64,000 nucleotides of DNA from an uncultured Verrucomicrobiae bacterium (GTDB lineage Bacteria > Verrucomicrobiota > Verrucomicrobiia > Palsa-1439), in the NCBI GenBank assembly GCA_963812605.1, contig CAWEWF010000010.1:160001-224000 (forward strand), given 5' to 3'. Each line of letters opens with the position of its first letter. The stretch's first letter is position 1. The notes beneath the pieces were generated by a model. That model saw only the letters and a program-made list of their open reading frames with translations. It did no database searches and was not told where the DNA came from. Shown here piece after piece: positions 10,744 to 23,597 of the stretch. Both the position numbers and the translations under genes were made by a program.

Positions 10744-13218
10744 CTACTTCTTGTCGCCTTTTTCTTCTTCGGCGGTTTCTGCCGCGGCTTCTTGTTGCTC
10801 GCTGATGACGCGAGCGATAGCCACCAGTTTGTCGCCTTCGTTGAGGTCGATGAGTTTGACGCCCTGGGTATTTCTTCCCGCGATCCGGATGTCCTTGCAA
10901 CTGGTGCGGACGGTCTGGCCCTGGGAGGTCGAAAGCATGATTTCATCTGTGTCGGTGACACTCAGGGCGCCGACCACGCTGCCGACTTTGTCGGTGGTTT
11001 TCATGGTGATGATGCCCTTGCCGCCGCGGGACTGGACACGATATTCATCGAACGGGGTACGCTTGCCGATGCCGTGTTCGCCGGCGACGAGGAGCGTGGC
11101 ATTGGTGTCAACGATCTCAACGCCGATGACGTAGTCACCTTTGTCGGGGCGAATGCCCCAGTTGCCAACGGAGGCACGGCCCATGTCGCGCGCTTCTTCT
11201 TCATGGAACCGGATGCTCATACCGTCCTTGGTGACCAGTACGATTTCATTATTGCCGTTCGTCAGTTTCACGCCAATGAGGCGGTCACCCTGCTCGATCT
11301 TGATGCCAATGACGCCGCCTTTGCGGGGGTTGGCGTATTCACCGAGGTTGGTCTTCTTCACGATGCCGACCTTGGTCGCCATGAAGAGATACTGTTTGTC
11401 GGTAAACTCCTTGACACGGATGAGCGCGGAGACTTTCTCCTCCGGACGAAGCTGGAGGAAGTTTGCGAGGCTCTTGCCTTTTGCCGCGCGGCCCATCTCC
11501 GGCAATTCATACACTTTCTCCACATACACGCGTCCTTCCTCAGTGAAGAACATGATGTAATCGTGGGTGGAACAGGTGAATAGGTGCTCGATGAAGTCCT
11601 CTTCGCGCTGTTCCATGCCCATGACGCCCTTGCCGCCGCGACGTTGCGAGCGGTAGGCGCTGACGGCAGTGCGCTTGATGTAGCCCTGGTGGGAGATCGT
11701 GACGATACAGGCTTCGTTGACGATGAGGTCTTCAATGTTGATCTCGCCTTCATCGGCGACGATGTCCGTGCGGCGCGCGTCGCCGTACTTCTCTTTGACT
11801 TCGACCAACTCGGTCTTCACGACAGCCATCAGCTTTTTCTCGCTGGCCAGCAGGCTCTTCAGGTATTCGATGCGCTTGATGATTTCCAGGTATTCTTCCT
11901 CGATCTTGTCGCGTTCGAGGCCGGTGAGCTGATAGAGGCGCATCTCGAGGATTGCATTGCACTGGACCTCGGACAGCTTGAACTTGTCCATCAACTTCTT
12001 CTTCGCATCCTCGCGGTCGTCGGCGTTACGGATGATCTTGACGACGGCATCGATGTTGTCGAGCGCGATGCGGAAACCTTCGAGGACGTGGGCGCGCTCC
12101 TCGGCCTTCTGCAACTCGAACTTCGTGCGGCGAGTGATGACTTCGCGGCGGTGCGCGATGTAGCACTCGATCATCTGCTTGATGTTCATGATGCGCGGCC
12201 GACCGTGGTCGATCGCGAGCATGATGACGCCGAAGCTGTCCTCGAGTTGCGTGTGCTTGAAGAGATTGTTGATTACCACCTTCGGGATGGCGTCGCGCTT
12301 CAATTCGATGACGACGCGGATGCCGTCCTTGTTCGATTCGTCGCGGATGTCGCTGATGCCGTCGAGCTTCTTTTCGTTGACGAGTTGCGCCGTGCGCTCG
12401 ATGAGCGAGGCCTTGTTGACGTTGTACGGGATCTCGGAAATGATCAGGCGCTCTTTGCCGCCCTTGACCTCTTCCACGCCGATGCGGCCACGAATCTTAA
12501 GGCTGCCGCGGCCGGTGAGCAGGTAATCCTTGATGCCCTGTTTGCCGCAGATCTGGCCGCCGGTGGGGAAATCAGCGCCCTTGACGAATTTGGCGACTTT
12601 TTCGAGTTCCAGTTCCGGCTCATCGATCAACGCGCAGCAGGCGTCGATGATCTCGGTGAGGTTATGCGGCGGGATATTCGTGGCCATGCCGACCGCGATG
12701 CCCGTGCTGCCGTTGATCAGAAGATTGGGGATGCGCGCGGGCAGGACGACCGGCTCCACTTCCTTCTCGTCAAAATTGGGCTGGAAATTGACCGTGTCCT
12801 TGTCGAGGTCGGCGAGCAATTCCTCCGCGATCTCCTTGAGGCGGCATTCCGTGTAGCGGTAGGCCGCGGCGGGATCGCCATCGATCGAGCCGAAATTACC
12901 CTGGCCGTCAATGAGCGGATAGCGCATCGCGAAATCCTGCGCCATGCGCACGAGCGTGTCGTAAACGCTGGCGTCGCCGTGCGGATGGTACTTGCCGAGC
13001 ACTTCACCGACGACCTTGGCGCATTTGGAGTAGGAGCGGTTATGCAGCAACCCGATCTGGCGCATCGCGTAGAGCACGCGGCGGTTGGACGGTTTCAAGC
13101 CGTCGCGCGCGTCCGGCAGGGCGCGCCCGACGATGACCGACATCGAGTAATCGATGTAGGCCTGCTGCATCTGCTCGCTGATGTTGACCGGCGTGACCTT
13201 CTCGTTTTGTGCGTACAT
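10744..13218 (-). CDS. gyrA: DNA gyrase subunit A
   Basis: [28 protein letters not shown] (catalytic Tyr), GyrA box QRRGGKG. Confidence 0.98.
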   Translation of the reverse strand: MYAQNEKVTPVNISEQMQQAYIDYSMSVIVGRALPDARDGLKPSNRRVLYAMRQIGLLHNRSYSKCAKVVGEVLGKYHPHGDASVYDTLVRMAQDFAMRYPLIDGQGNFGSIDGDPAAAYRYTECRLKEIAEELLADLDKDTVNFQPNFDEKEVEPVVLPARIPNLLINGSTGIAVGMATNIPPHNLTEIIDACCALIDEPELELEKVAKFVKGADFPTGGQICGKQGIKDYLLTGRGSLKIRGRIGVEEVKGGKERLIISEIPYNVNKASLIERTAQLVNEKKLDGISDIRDESNKDGIRVVIELKRDAIPKVVINNLFKHTQLEDSFGVIMLAIDHGRPRIMNIKQMIECYIAHRREVITRRTKFELQKAEERAHVLEGFRIALDNIDAVVKIIRNADDREDAKKKLMDKFKLSEVQCNAILEMRLYQLTGLERDKIEEEYLEIIKRIEYLKSLLASEKKLMAVVKTELVEVKEKYGDARRTDIVADEGEINIEDLIVNEACIVTISHQGYIKRTAVSAYRSQRRGGKGVMGMEQREEDFIEHLFTCSTHDYIMFFTEEGRVYVEKVYELPEMGRAAKGKSLANFLQLRPEEKVSALIRVKEFTDKQYLFMATKVGIVKKTNLGEYANPRKGGVIGIKIEQGDRLIGVKLTNGNNEIVLVTKDGMSIRFHEEEARDMGRASVGNWGIRPDKGDYVIGVEIVDTNATLLVAGEHGIGKRTPFDEYRVQSRGGKGIITMKTTDKVGSVVGALSVTDTDEIMLSTSQGQTVRTSCKDIRIAGRNTQGVKLIDLNEGDKLVAIARVISEQQEAAAETAEEEKGDKK

Positions 13219-13231
13219 AATTTGATTCCTG

Positions 13232-13621
13232 CTATTTCCCCAAAAACAGCTTGGTGGTTGTTAAAAAGTTCTCAGCATCGGCCATCAATTCTTTCAATCG
13301 CTCACAGCCCGGCGGCGGTTTGGAGCCGAAGTCGGCGTCGTGGTGCAACTGCGTGGCGCGCTTGAAACGCTCCCCGAACTCCTGGGGGATCAAACCCGTC
13401 TTCACGAATTCGCGCTGGAATTTCGCGGCGACATTGCCGTCACGGGACGGGCCGAATTCCTTCGTCGCGAGCAACGCGCACGCGCAATAGAACATCGAGA
13501 AATACACGCGGTCCGTGGCGCCGCGGCGCATCTTTTGACCGATGAGCAGACGCGCCTCGTTCAGGCTCTCGTCGGCTTGTGTGAGCCGTAAATGAATCAA
13601 GTCTTGGGCCTCGGGCGTCAC
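13232..13621 (-). CDS. HEPN-domain protein (UPF0332-like), degenerate
   Basis: ADESLNEARLL, DRVYFSMFYCACALL, FQREFVKTG, ADF resemble the small HEPN family. Confidence 0.7.
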   Translation of the reverse strand: MTPEAQDLIHLRLTQADESLNEARLLIGQKMRRGATDRVYFSMFYCACALLATKEFGPSRDGNVAAKFQREFVKTGLIPQEFGERFKRATQLHHDADFGSKPPPGCERLKELMADAENFLTTTKLFLGK

Positions 13622-13630
13622 GGCGTAAAT

Positions 13631-16253
<2,623 letters not shown>

Positions 16254-16399
16254 TTAAATTCCCCCTCCTTGAAACAACTCCAAAATAGTACCAAATCTCA
16301 GCCTTGGTCTGCAATCAGAATCATCACTTTTTTTTCAGTGTCTAACTAACGATGCGCGTGAATGTTCTAGCAAATTGATTGCTTTCGAAAAAGTGTGGG

Positions 16400-16427
16400 T
16401 TGACAAGGTGTGTTCTTGTGTTAAAAT
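16400..16427 (+). promoter_or_regulatory. Sigma-70-like promoter of rrf2
   Basis: TTGACA-16 bp-TAAAAT. Confidence 0.6.
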
Positions 16428-16458
16428 AAAGCATCTTTAGCAAGATACTAATGATTGA

Positions 16459-16878
16459 ATGAAAGCATCTGTAAAAAGTGATTACGCGTGTCGCGCGGTG
16501 GAGGCCCTGGCCCTTCATCACCCGAACGCGCGTCCGCTGCGCATCGAGGAAATTGCGGAGCGAGAGGCGATTCCGGCGAACTATCTCGTGCAAATCCTCA
16601 TCGAGCTGAAAAGCAAGGGGCTCATCCAGAGCTGGCGGGGAAAAGCCGGTGGCTATGCCCTGGCCAAGACCCCCCGCGAAATCACGGTGGGCGATGTTTT
16701 GCGGGCGGTACAGGGCGATGTGCTGGAGATGCCGTTACTCCTGGAATCGCGCTGCCCCGAGGAGATCAAACGCGCCTGGCGACGGATCAAGGAGGCCGCC
16801 GAACAGGCAGCGGATGATGTTAATTTTGAGGAGATTTGCGCGGAGGCGAAGAATCGGCCGGAAATGTACTACATCTAG
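16459..16878 (+). CDS. Rrf2 family transcriptional regulator (CymR-like)
   Basis: SDYACRA, IEEIAEREAIPANYLVQIL, RGKAGGYALAK, ITVGDVLRAVQG; lacks the IscR three-Cys cluster motif. Confidence 0.9.
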   Translation: MKASVKSDYACRAVEALALHHPNARPLRIEEIAEREAIPANYLVQILIELKSKGLIQSWRGKAGGYALAKTPREITVGDVLRAVQGDVLEMPLLLESRCPEEIKRAWRRIKEAAEQAADDVNFEEICAEAKNRPEMYYI

Positions 16879-16882
16879 GCCG

Positions 16883-16910
16883 TTGACAGGTGTTTGTTCT
16901 TTGATATAGT
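16883..16910 (+). promoter_or_regulatory. Sigma-70-like promoter upstream of the SAM riboswitch
   Basis: TTGACA-16 bp-TATAGT. Confidence 0.6.
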
Positions 16911-16942
16911 CCCCTCGTTCCCTGAAAGGTTTCAGGGAAGAA

Positions 16943-17074
16943 CTCATCAAGAGCGGTCGAGGGACTGGCCCGTAGAAGCCGCGGCAACCGTTCAGCCAGG
17001 CAGTCAATGGTTGAAGACAAGGTGCCAATTCCAGCTCCGAGGCCCGACGCAAGTCGGGAGCGGGGGAAGATGAG
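16943..17074 (+). ncRNA. SAM-I (S-box) riboswitch
   Basis: CTCATCAAGAG-CGGTCGAGGGACTGGCCC-GTAGAAGCC-GCGGCAACC...AAGGTGCCAATTCC...GGAAGATGAG matches the S-box consensus; P1 is CTCATC/GATGAG. Confidence 0.93.
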
Positions 17075-17110
17075 GGAGAGAATCGAGTTGTCTTGATGCC
17101 TCTTCATCGT

Positions 17111-17149
17111 CAACCCGCCGTTCGGGGACGCTGAAGGGGTTGTTTTTTT
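17111..17149 (+). terminator. Riboswitch expression-platform intrinsic terminator
   Basis: caaccc...gggttg followed by T7. Confidence 0.7.
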
Positions 17150-17198
17150 GCCCCGATGCGGTGGCGGTCGCTACTTGGTGAAGAAAGCGAGAGGGTAG

Positions 17199-18446
17199 AT
17201 GAAGGCAAAACATGGATTCTTCACCAGTCTAAAGTGTCGGGAGTGCGGGCGCCATTACCCGAAGGAGGCACTGCATGTCTGTGAGTTCTGCTTCGGTCCG
17301 CTGGAAGTCGATTACGACTACGACTTGATCAAAACCGTGCTGACACGGGACAAAATCCAGTCGCGGCCCACGAATATGTGGCGGTATCGCGAGTTGCTGC
17401 CGATTGAAGGCGAGCCGACCATCGGCTTCCAGGTCGGCTTCACGCCGCTGGTCAAGGCGGATCGCCTGGCGAAACGGCTGGGCCTGCGCGAGGTCTGGGT
17501 GAAGAACGACACGGTCAATTACCCGACATTGTCCTTTAAGGATCGTGTCGTCAGCGTGGCCTTGTCGCGCGCGCGGGAACTGGGCTTCGAAATTGTCGCG
17601 TGCGCGTCGACGGGTAATCTCGCGAATTCCGTGGCGGCCAACGCGGCGAGTGGGGGGCTGAAAAGTTACGTGTTCATCCCCGCAGACCTCGAAACGGGGA
17701 AGGTACTCGGGTCGCTGGTGTACGGAACGAACGTGATCGGCATCCGCGGCACGTACGACGCGGTGAATCGGCTCTGCAGCGAGATCGCGGGCAAGTACGG
17801 CTGGGCCTTTGTGAACGTAAACATCCGGCCCTACTACGCGGAAGGTTCGAAATCACTGGGCTATGAGGTCATCGAGCAACTGGGTTGGAGATTGCCGGAT
17901 CACGTGGTGGTCCCGATGGCAGGCGGTTCCCTCATCACGAAAATCCACAAGTCGTTCAAGGAATTCGTGAGACTCGGTTTGGTGGACGAGCGGGACTACT
18001 GCATTCATGGCGCCCAAGCCGAGGGTTGTGCGCCGATTGTGAACGCCATGAAGGCCGGCGCGGACATCATCAAGCCGGTGAGCAAGCCGCAGACAATCGT
18101 CAAATCGCTGGCCATCGGCAACCCGGCCGACGGGTTCTACTCGATCCAGACGATGAAGCAAACCGGCGGCTGGGCGGAGAACCCGGACGATACCGAGGTG
18201 GTCGAGGGAATCAAGCTGTTGGCGGAAACCGAGGGGATTTTCGCCGAGACGGCCGGTGGCGTGACCGTGGCGGCGACCAAGCGCCTCGTGGAAGATGGCC
18301 GGATCAAGCCGAACGAGTCGCTGGTGTTGTGTATCACGGGCCATGGACTGAAGACGCAGGAAGCCGTGGCCAACAAGTGCGGCGAGGCGCGGGTCATCGG
18401 GCCGCATCTGCATGAGTTTTCGGCGCTGCTCGACAGGAAGAATTGA
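17199..18446 (+). CDS. Threonine-synthase-like PLP enzyme (probably a homocysteine/sulfur-transfer paralog)
   Basis: N-terminal CxxC..CxxC; PTLSFKDR (PLP Lys); CASTGNLANS; EGIFAETAGG; ITGHGLK. Confidence 0.88.
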   Translation: MKAKHGFFTSLKCRECGRHYPKEALHVCEFCFGPLEVDYDYDLIKTVLTRDKIQSRPTNMWRYRELLPIEGEPTIGFQVGFTPLVKADRLAKRLGLREVWVKNDTVNYPTLSFKDRVVSVALSRARELGFEIVACASTGNLANSVAANAASGGLKSYVFIPADLETGKVLGSLVYGTNVIGIRGTYDAVNRLCSEIAGKYGWAFVNVNIRPYYAEGSKSLGYEVIEQLGWRLPDHVVVPMAGGSLITKIHKSFKEFVRLGLVDERDYCIHGAQAEGCAPIVNAMKAGADIIKPVSKPQTIVKSLAIGNPADGFYSIQTMKQTGGWAENPDDTEVVEGIKLLAETEGIFAETAGGVTVAATKRLVEDGRIKPNESLVLCITGHGLKTQEAVANKCGEARVIGPHLHEFSALLDRKN

Positions 18447-18467
18447 GAGGAAGAAGGAGAAACGATT

Positions 18468-18746
18468 ATGCCAGTAAATGTAAGGATTCCGACACCATTG
18501 CGGAAACTGACGAAGGACAAGGACATCGTACAAGCGGCGGGCTCGACGATCCAGGACATCATCGACAACCTGGAGAAAGAGTACCCGGGCTTGAAGGAGC
18601 GGATTTGCGACGAGCGGGGCGAATTGCGCCGCTTCGTGAACGTGTACCTGAATGACGAGGACATTCGCTTTGCGCAAGGCAAGAGCACGCCGGTGAAGGA
18701 CGGCGACGAAATTTCGGTGATTCCCGCAATCGCGGGTGGACGGTGA
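18468..18746 (+). CDS. MoaD/ThiS/CysO-family ubiquitin-like sulfur carrier
   Basis: VRIPTPLRKLT, LRRFVNVYLNDEDIRF, C-terminus IPAIAGG-R. Confidence 0.92.
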   Translation: MPVNVRIPTPLRKLTKDKDIVQAAGSTIQDIIDNLEKEYPGLKERICDERGELRRFVNVYLNDEDIRFAQGKSTPVKDGDEISVIPAIAGGR

Positions 18747-18755
18747 TAAATGATT

Positions 18756-18812
18756 TGTAGCCGCGAAACGTTTTCGCGGCAGAAGGGACCGCGAAGGAGA
18801 TTCGCGGCTACA
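18756..18812. repeat. GTAG-family REP doublet (REPIN-like)
   Basis: tgtagccgcgaa...ttcgcggctaca inverted ends with an internal hairpin. Confidence 0.65.
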
Positions 18813-19087
18813 TGACAAGAATGGCAAAGACAACGAAAGCAGCGAACGAGACCAAGCGTCTCTGGCTGACCTATCCGAAAAAGGCCATCCAGCGGCCGGT
18901 GATTTATGAGTTGGGTTACAAGTTCAAGGTCGTGACCAACATTCGTCAGGCCAGCGTGACGGAGGAAGTTGGCATTGTCTCGCTCGAATTGGTGGGTGAA
19001 CGCAGCGAGATCAAAAAAGCGATCAAATGGCTGGAAGGCCTCAGCATCAAGGTCGAGCCGGTCGAAATCAATGTGATCGAAGGGTAG
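18812..19087 (+). CDS. Stand-alone NIL-domain protein
   Basis: LTYP..IQRPVIYELG..F.VVTNIRQASV...GIVSLELVG....IKKAIKWL...IKVEPV pattern. Confidence 0.8.
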   Translation: MTRMAKTTKAANETKRLWLTYPKKAIQRPVIYELGYKFKVVTNIRQASVTEEVGIVSLELVGERSEIKKAIKWLEGLSIKVEPVEINVIEG

Positions 19088-19096
19088 AGAACGAAC

Positions 19097-19820
19097 GTGA
19101 AGTTCAGCGCGGAAGAAATCCATCAGTTGGCGGCGGAGTTTGAGACCCAAACCCCGCGCGACATTCTTCAATGGGCGGCGGACAGTTTTGGTTCGCGCGT
19201 CGCCATCTCTTCCGCGTTTGGCCCCGAAGGCCTGGTGGTGATCGACATCGCGATGCGCAAGGTCACGCCGCGGCTTCCCGTCTTCACCATCGACACCGGT
19301 TTCTTCTTCAAAGAGACCGATCGAACTCATCGGCAAGATCGAACAGGAATACGGCATCACGATCGAACGCCTCCATCCGGAGTTGACGCCCGAGCAACAG
19401 GCGGAGAAGCATGGGCCCGAACTTTATCGGCGCGAGCCGGACCGTTGCTGCTATATGCGCAAGACGCTGCCGCTGCAGAAAAAACTGGCGGATCTCGATG
19501 CGTACGTCTCCGGTCTGCGCCGGACGCAGGGCGAAACGCGCAAGGGCGCGAAGATTCTGCAATTGCAGGAGACATCGGATGGCCTGCGTTATTTGAAAAT
19601 CAATCCGCTCGCGGCCTGGAGCAAGGAAGAAGTCTGGTGGTATATCGTCAGCCACCAACTGCACTACAACCCGCTCCACGATCAGGGCTACCCGAGCATC
19701 GGTTGCTCGCCGGACTGCTGCACGCGTGCCGTGAAAGACGGAGAAGACGAGCGCGCGGGCCGCTGGGCCGGTTCCGAAAAGAAGGAGTGCGGACTCCACA
19801 CATTCGCCGCGAATATTTGA
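19097..19820 (+). CDS. cysH: APS/PAPS reductase, frameshift at ~19320
   Basis: IDTGFFFKET; CCYMRK; GLRRTQ; KINPL; GYPSIGC; RAGRW; ECGLH. Confidence 0.93.
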
Positions 19821-19830
19821 TCTTCATGAC

Positions 19831-19899
19831 TGTCATTCTGAGCGAAGCGAAGAATCTCTGTCGTTCGGTGGCAGACCCTTCGCTTTGCTCAGGGTGACA
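19831..19899. repeat. Palindromic intergenic repeat (TGTCA...TGACA type)
   Basis: tgtcattctgagcgaagcgaagaatct...agacccttcgctttgctcagggtgaca; a related half copy lies at ~60178. Confidence 0.65.
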
Positions 19900-19921
19900 A
19901 AGGAATAAAGTTACCGAATTT

Positions 19922-20722
19922 ATGGACCATCTCGACAAGCTGGAGAACCAAAGCGTTTTTATTATTCGCGAGGCGTTCAACAAGATTGAGCGGCTGGCGA
20001 TGTTGTGGAGCGTGGGCAAAGACTCTCAGACCATCATGTGGCTCGCGCGCAAGGCGTTTTTCGGGCACGTCCCATTTCCGTGCGTCTTCATGGAAACGAC
20101 TTTCGACATGCCGGAACTCGTCGAACTGCGCGACCGATTGACCAAGGAGTGGAAATTGAACCTCGTCATCGCCCGCAATGAGGAAGCGCTGGCGCAGGGT
20201 ATGAACCACACCCGCGGCCGCGTTAATTGCTGCTCGGCGTTATTGAAAGAGAACCTCAAGAAGATTGTCGACCGCGAAAAATACGGCGGACTTATTGTGG
20301 GCGTGCGTCGCGATGAAGACCCGACCCGAGCGAAAGAACGCTACTTCTCGCCGCGCGACAAGAACATGGAATGGAACGTCGAAGACCAGCCGCCCGAGCT
20401 CTGGGACCAATTCAACACGGACCTGGCGGGCGGCACGCATCTGCGTGTCCATCCGCTCCTGCACTGGACGGAGACAAACATTTGGGAATACGCCGAGCGC
20501 GAGCAGATTCCGAATGTGTCGCTGTACTTTGCCAAGAACGGGAAACGCTATCGCAGCCTTGGTTGTGTCCCCTGCACGTTCATGATCGACTCCAACGCCG
20601 ACACCTACGAAAAGATCCGCGAAGAATTGCGGACGACCAAGCGCAGCGAACGCAGCGTCCGCGCGCAAGACCAGGAAAGCGAAGACGCCTTCGAGAAGCT
20701 GCGGCGTGATGGGTATATGTAG
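19922..20722 (+). CDS. cysD: Sulfate adenylyltransferase subunit 2
   Basis: LWSVGKDS, RRDED..RAKERYFS, QPPELW, RVHPLLHWTE, YRSLGC, ends GYM. Confidence 0.95.
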   Translation: MDHLDKLENQSVFIIREAFNKIERLAMLWSVGKDSQTIMWLARKAFFGHVPFPCVFMETTFDMPELVELRDRLTKEWKLNLVIARNEEALAQGMNHTRGRVNCCSALLKENLKKIVDREKYGGLIVGVRRDEDPTRAKERYFSPRDKNMEWNVEDQPPELWDQFNTDLAGGTHLRVHPLLHWTETNIWEYAEREQIPNVSLYFAKNGKRYRSLGCVPCTFMIDSNADTYEKIREELRTTKRSERSVRAQDQESEDAFEKLRRDGYM

Positions 20723-20725
20723 GCG

Positions 20726-22621
20726 ATGAGCACGAACACTCTTCAATCCGAGCAGTTGAAAATCGTCATCGTCGGCCATGTGGATCATGGCAAGTCCACG
20801 CTGGTGGGGCGCTTGTTTTACGACACCGGCTCGCTGCCGGAAGGGAAGTACGAGAAGATCAAGACGGCCTGTGAGCGGCGCGGGATGCCGTTCGAGTGGG
20901 CGTTCCTGATGGATGGCTTGCAGGCGGAACGCGACCAGAACATTACCATCGATACCGCACAGATTTGGTTCCGCACGAAGCAACGCCAGTACGTGATTAT
21001 CGACGCGCCCGGCCACAAAGAGTTTCTCAAGAACATGGTCACGGGAGCGGCGAGCGCCGAGGCCGCGCTGCTGCTGATCGATGCGAGCGAGGGCGTGCAG
21101 GAACAATCGCGGCGGCACGGCTTCCTTCTTTCGCTGCTCGGGATTCGCCAGATTGCGGTGCTCGTGAACAAGATGGACTTGAAGGGCTACAGCGATAAGG
21201 CGTTCAAGTCGATTGAGGACGAGTATCGGGCTTTCCTGAAACAATTCGGCGTTGAACCGAAACTTTTCATACCGATTGCCGCGGCCAAGGGTGACAATGT
21301 CGCCAACAAGTCCGCGAACATGCCGTGGTACAGCGGCCCGACCGTTCTGGAAGCACTCGACCGGTTTCAAACTGCGGAACCGCCCCATAATTTGCCGCTG
21401 CGTTTCCCGATTCAGGACGTCTATCGGTTCGATCAACGCCGCATCCTGGCGGGCCGCGTCGAGTCCGGCACACTTCACGTGGGTGACAAGATTCTCTTCT
21501 CGCCACGAAACAAGGTGAGCACGGTCAAATCGATTGAGAGCTGGCCGCATAATTCCCGTGAGACCGCGAGCGCGGGTGAGTCCATCGGGATTACGCTGAC
21601 GGAGCAGATCTTCGTCGAGCGCGGGCAGATTGCATCCAATGAACAGGATGCGCCCATCGAGACGGATGTGTTCAATGCCAAGTTTTTCTGGCTCGGCCGC
21701 CAGAACCTCGAGGTCGGCCGCAAGATCAAACTGAAGCTGACCACTGAAGAGGTGGAGTGCCAGATCCAATCGATTGAGAAGCTGATCGATGCCTCGACGC
21801 TGGCGGAAATCGACACAAAATCGCGGCCTTACGTGGCGCGCAACGACGTGGCCGAGGTCACGATTCGCACCAAGACGCCCATTGCGTTCGACAACGCGGA
21901 CCGGATCGTCAATACCGGCCGTTTTGTATTCATCGACCGCTTCCAGGTGTGTGGCGGCGGTGTCATTTCCAAGGGGCAATATCCCGACCGCCGTCAGGTT
22001 TTGTCGGGAGTGAAGAGCCAGAACATTTTTTGGTCGGCGGGCAAGATCACGCGGGAGGCGCGCGAACAACGCAATCGGCACAAGGGAGCCATCCTCTGGC
22101 TCACGGGCTTATCCGGTGCCGGGAAATCCACGGTGGCCACGGAATTGGAGCGCGAACTTTTTGCGAAGGGATTGCATACGTATATTCTCGACGGCGACAA
22201 CATCCGCCATGGTCTGAGCGCCAACCTCGGGTTCTCGCCCGAAGATCGCACGGAGAACATTCGGCGGGTGGCAGAGGTCGCGCGGCTGCTCATGGATGCG
22301 GGTGTGCTGGTCATCACGGCGTTTATTTCGCCCTACCGGGACGACCGACGCCTGGCGCGTTCGCTGGTCAACGAGGGCGAGTTCGTGGAAGTCTATGTGA
22401 ACGCGCCGCTCGAAGTCTGCGAACAGCGCGATCCGAAGGGACTCTACAAGAAGGCGCGCGCCGGTCAGATCGCCAACTTCACCGGCATCTCCGCGCCATA
22501 CGAGCCGCCCGACCACCCGGAGTTGGTGGTCCATACGGACAAGCAGACCCCGGCGGAATGCGTTGCCCAGATCATTGACTTTTTGAAGCTGCAGTACATC
22601 GATGCGGACTGGAGCATCTGA
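20726..22621 (+). CDS. cysNC: Bifunctional sulfate adenylyltransferase subunit 1 / APS kinase
   Basis: [18 protein letters not shown]; C-terminal [29 protein letters not shown]. Confidence 0.96.
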   Translation: MSTNTLQSEQLKIVIVGHVDHGKSTLVGRLFYDTGSLPEGKYEKIKTACERRGMPFEWAFLMDGLQAERDQNITIDTAQIWFRTKQRQYVIIDAPGHKEFLKNMVTGAASAEAALLLIDASEGVQEQSRRHGFLLSLLGIRQIAVLVNKMDLKGYSDKAFKSIEDEYRAFLKQFGVEPKLFIPIAAAKGDNVANKSANMPWYSGPTVLEALDRFQTAEPPHNLPLRFPIQDVYRFDQRRILAGRVESGTLHVGDKILFSPRNKVSTVKSIESWPHNSRETASAGESIGITLTEQIFVERGQIASNEQDAPIETDVFNAKFFWLGRQNLEVGRKIKLKLTTEEVECQIQSIEKLIDASTLAEIDTKSRPYVARNDVAEVTIRTKTPIAFDNADRIVNTGRFVFIDRFQVCGGGVISKGQYPDRRQVLSGVKSQNIFWSAGKITREAREQRNRHKGAILWLTGLSGAGKSTVATELERELFAKGLHTYILDGDNIRHGLSANLGFSPEDRTENIRRVAEVARLLMDAGVLVITAFISPYRDDRRLARSLVNEGEFVEVYVNAPLEVCEQRDPKGLYKKARAGQIANFTGISAPYEPPDHPELVVHTDKQTPAECVAQIIDFLKLQYIDADWSI

Positions 22622-22685
22622 ACCGCGAAGATTTACTTTCGCGTCGTTGAGTGCTGTGGTAGAATGAGATGCACAAGGAGAGAAC

Positions 22686-23156
22686 ATGGCGAAATCGGAA
22701 TCGAGGGTTCGCGACAAGCTGCAGTCGCCGTTGGTGAGGCAGTTCTCCGTCTTTCTTGAAAACAAGGTTGGCGCGCTGCTCGATCTCACCCGCACGTTGA
22801 GCGAGTCGAACGTCCACGTGTGCGGAATCTCGGTGGTGGATACCGCTGACGCATCGGTCGTGCGTATTGTGGTGGACGATCCGGAACGTTGTCACGAGGC
22901 GCTGGGGAAGGCAGGCATTCCCGTCAGCGGCTCGATCCTCGTGGTCGTAGAGATGCCGCGCGGCCCGGAAAAACTGGACACGGTGTTGCGGAGCCTGGTC
23001 GCCGCGGAGGTCAATATTCAGTACACCTATTCCCTGATGGTTCGTCCGCACGACAAGGCGCTTCTGGCCCTGCATTGCGAAGACCCTGAATTTGCCCGCG
23101 AGGTCCTGGTAAAAGCCGGCTACCGGGTCCTGGGCCAGAAGGACATTTCACGCTGA
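22686..23156 (+). CDS. Tandem ACT-domain protein
   Basis: QFSVFLENKVGAL, VNIQYTYSL. Confidence 0.8.
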   Translation: MAKSESRVRDKLQSPLVRQFSVFLENKVGALLDLTRTLSESNVHVCGISVVDTADASVVRIVVDDPERCHEALGKAGIPVSGSILVVVEMPRGPEKLDTVLRSLVAAEVNIQYTYSLMVRPHDKALLALHCEDPEFAREVLVKAGYRVLGQKDISR

Positions 23157-23578
23157 TGAGCGACCAGCCGACACCAATTGGCCTGGCGATCGTGATCTGT
23201 GACCTGATTATTGAGGACAAGCTCACGAACAAGAAATCCCTGATCGGGATTTTCAACCAGATTGGGACGCAAAACTTCCCCTGCCGTCATCCGCAAATTT
23301 GTGTGTTCGTCTCGCTCACCGAGGGGCGCGGGCAATGTGTTGCGCGCTTGCGGATCGTCCATGATGAGAGCGATCACGTCGTGGCCGAGGTCAACGGCGG
23401 CATCGAGTTTCCGGATGTAAACGCCGTGGTCGAATTGAATTTCAACCTGGTGGGGCTCGTCTTTCCCGAACCCGGCACGTATTCGATCGAGTTCTATTGC
23501 GATGACGCACTGGTCCTGGAGCGGCGCTTCAACGTCACGCAGGTCAAGCCCGCGCAGGGCCCGGCGCCCGAATCGTAG
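23156..23578 (+). CDS. Hypothetical beta-rich protein (DUF6941-like)
   Basis: ICDLIIED..TNKKSLIGIF, FPEPGTYSIEFY; translationally coupled to the previous gene. Confidence 0.6.
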   Translation: MSDQPTPIGLAIVICDLIIEDKLTNKKSLIGIFNQIGTQNFPCRHPQICVFVSLTEGRGQCVARLRIVHDESDHVVAEVNGGIEFPDVNAVVELNFNLVGLVFPEPGTYSIEFYCDDALVLERRFNVTQVKPAQGPAPES

Positions 23579-23597
23579 CGGCAGAGCCGAAGCCCCC

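Noticed and set aside
16254-16458. Replication origin in the AT-rich gap upstream of gyrB
   Set aside because: No TTATCCACA DnaA-box cluster seen and no dnaA/dnaN. Divergent promoters explain the AT content.
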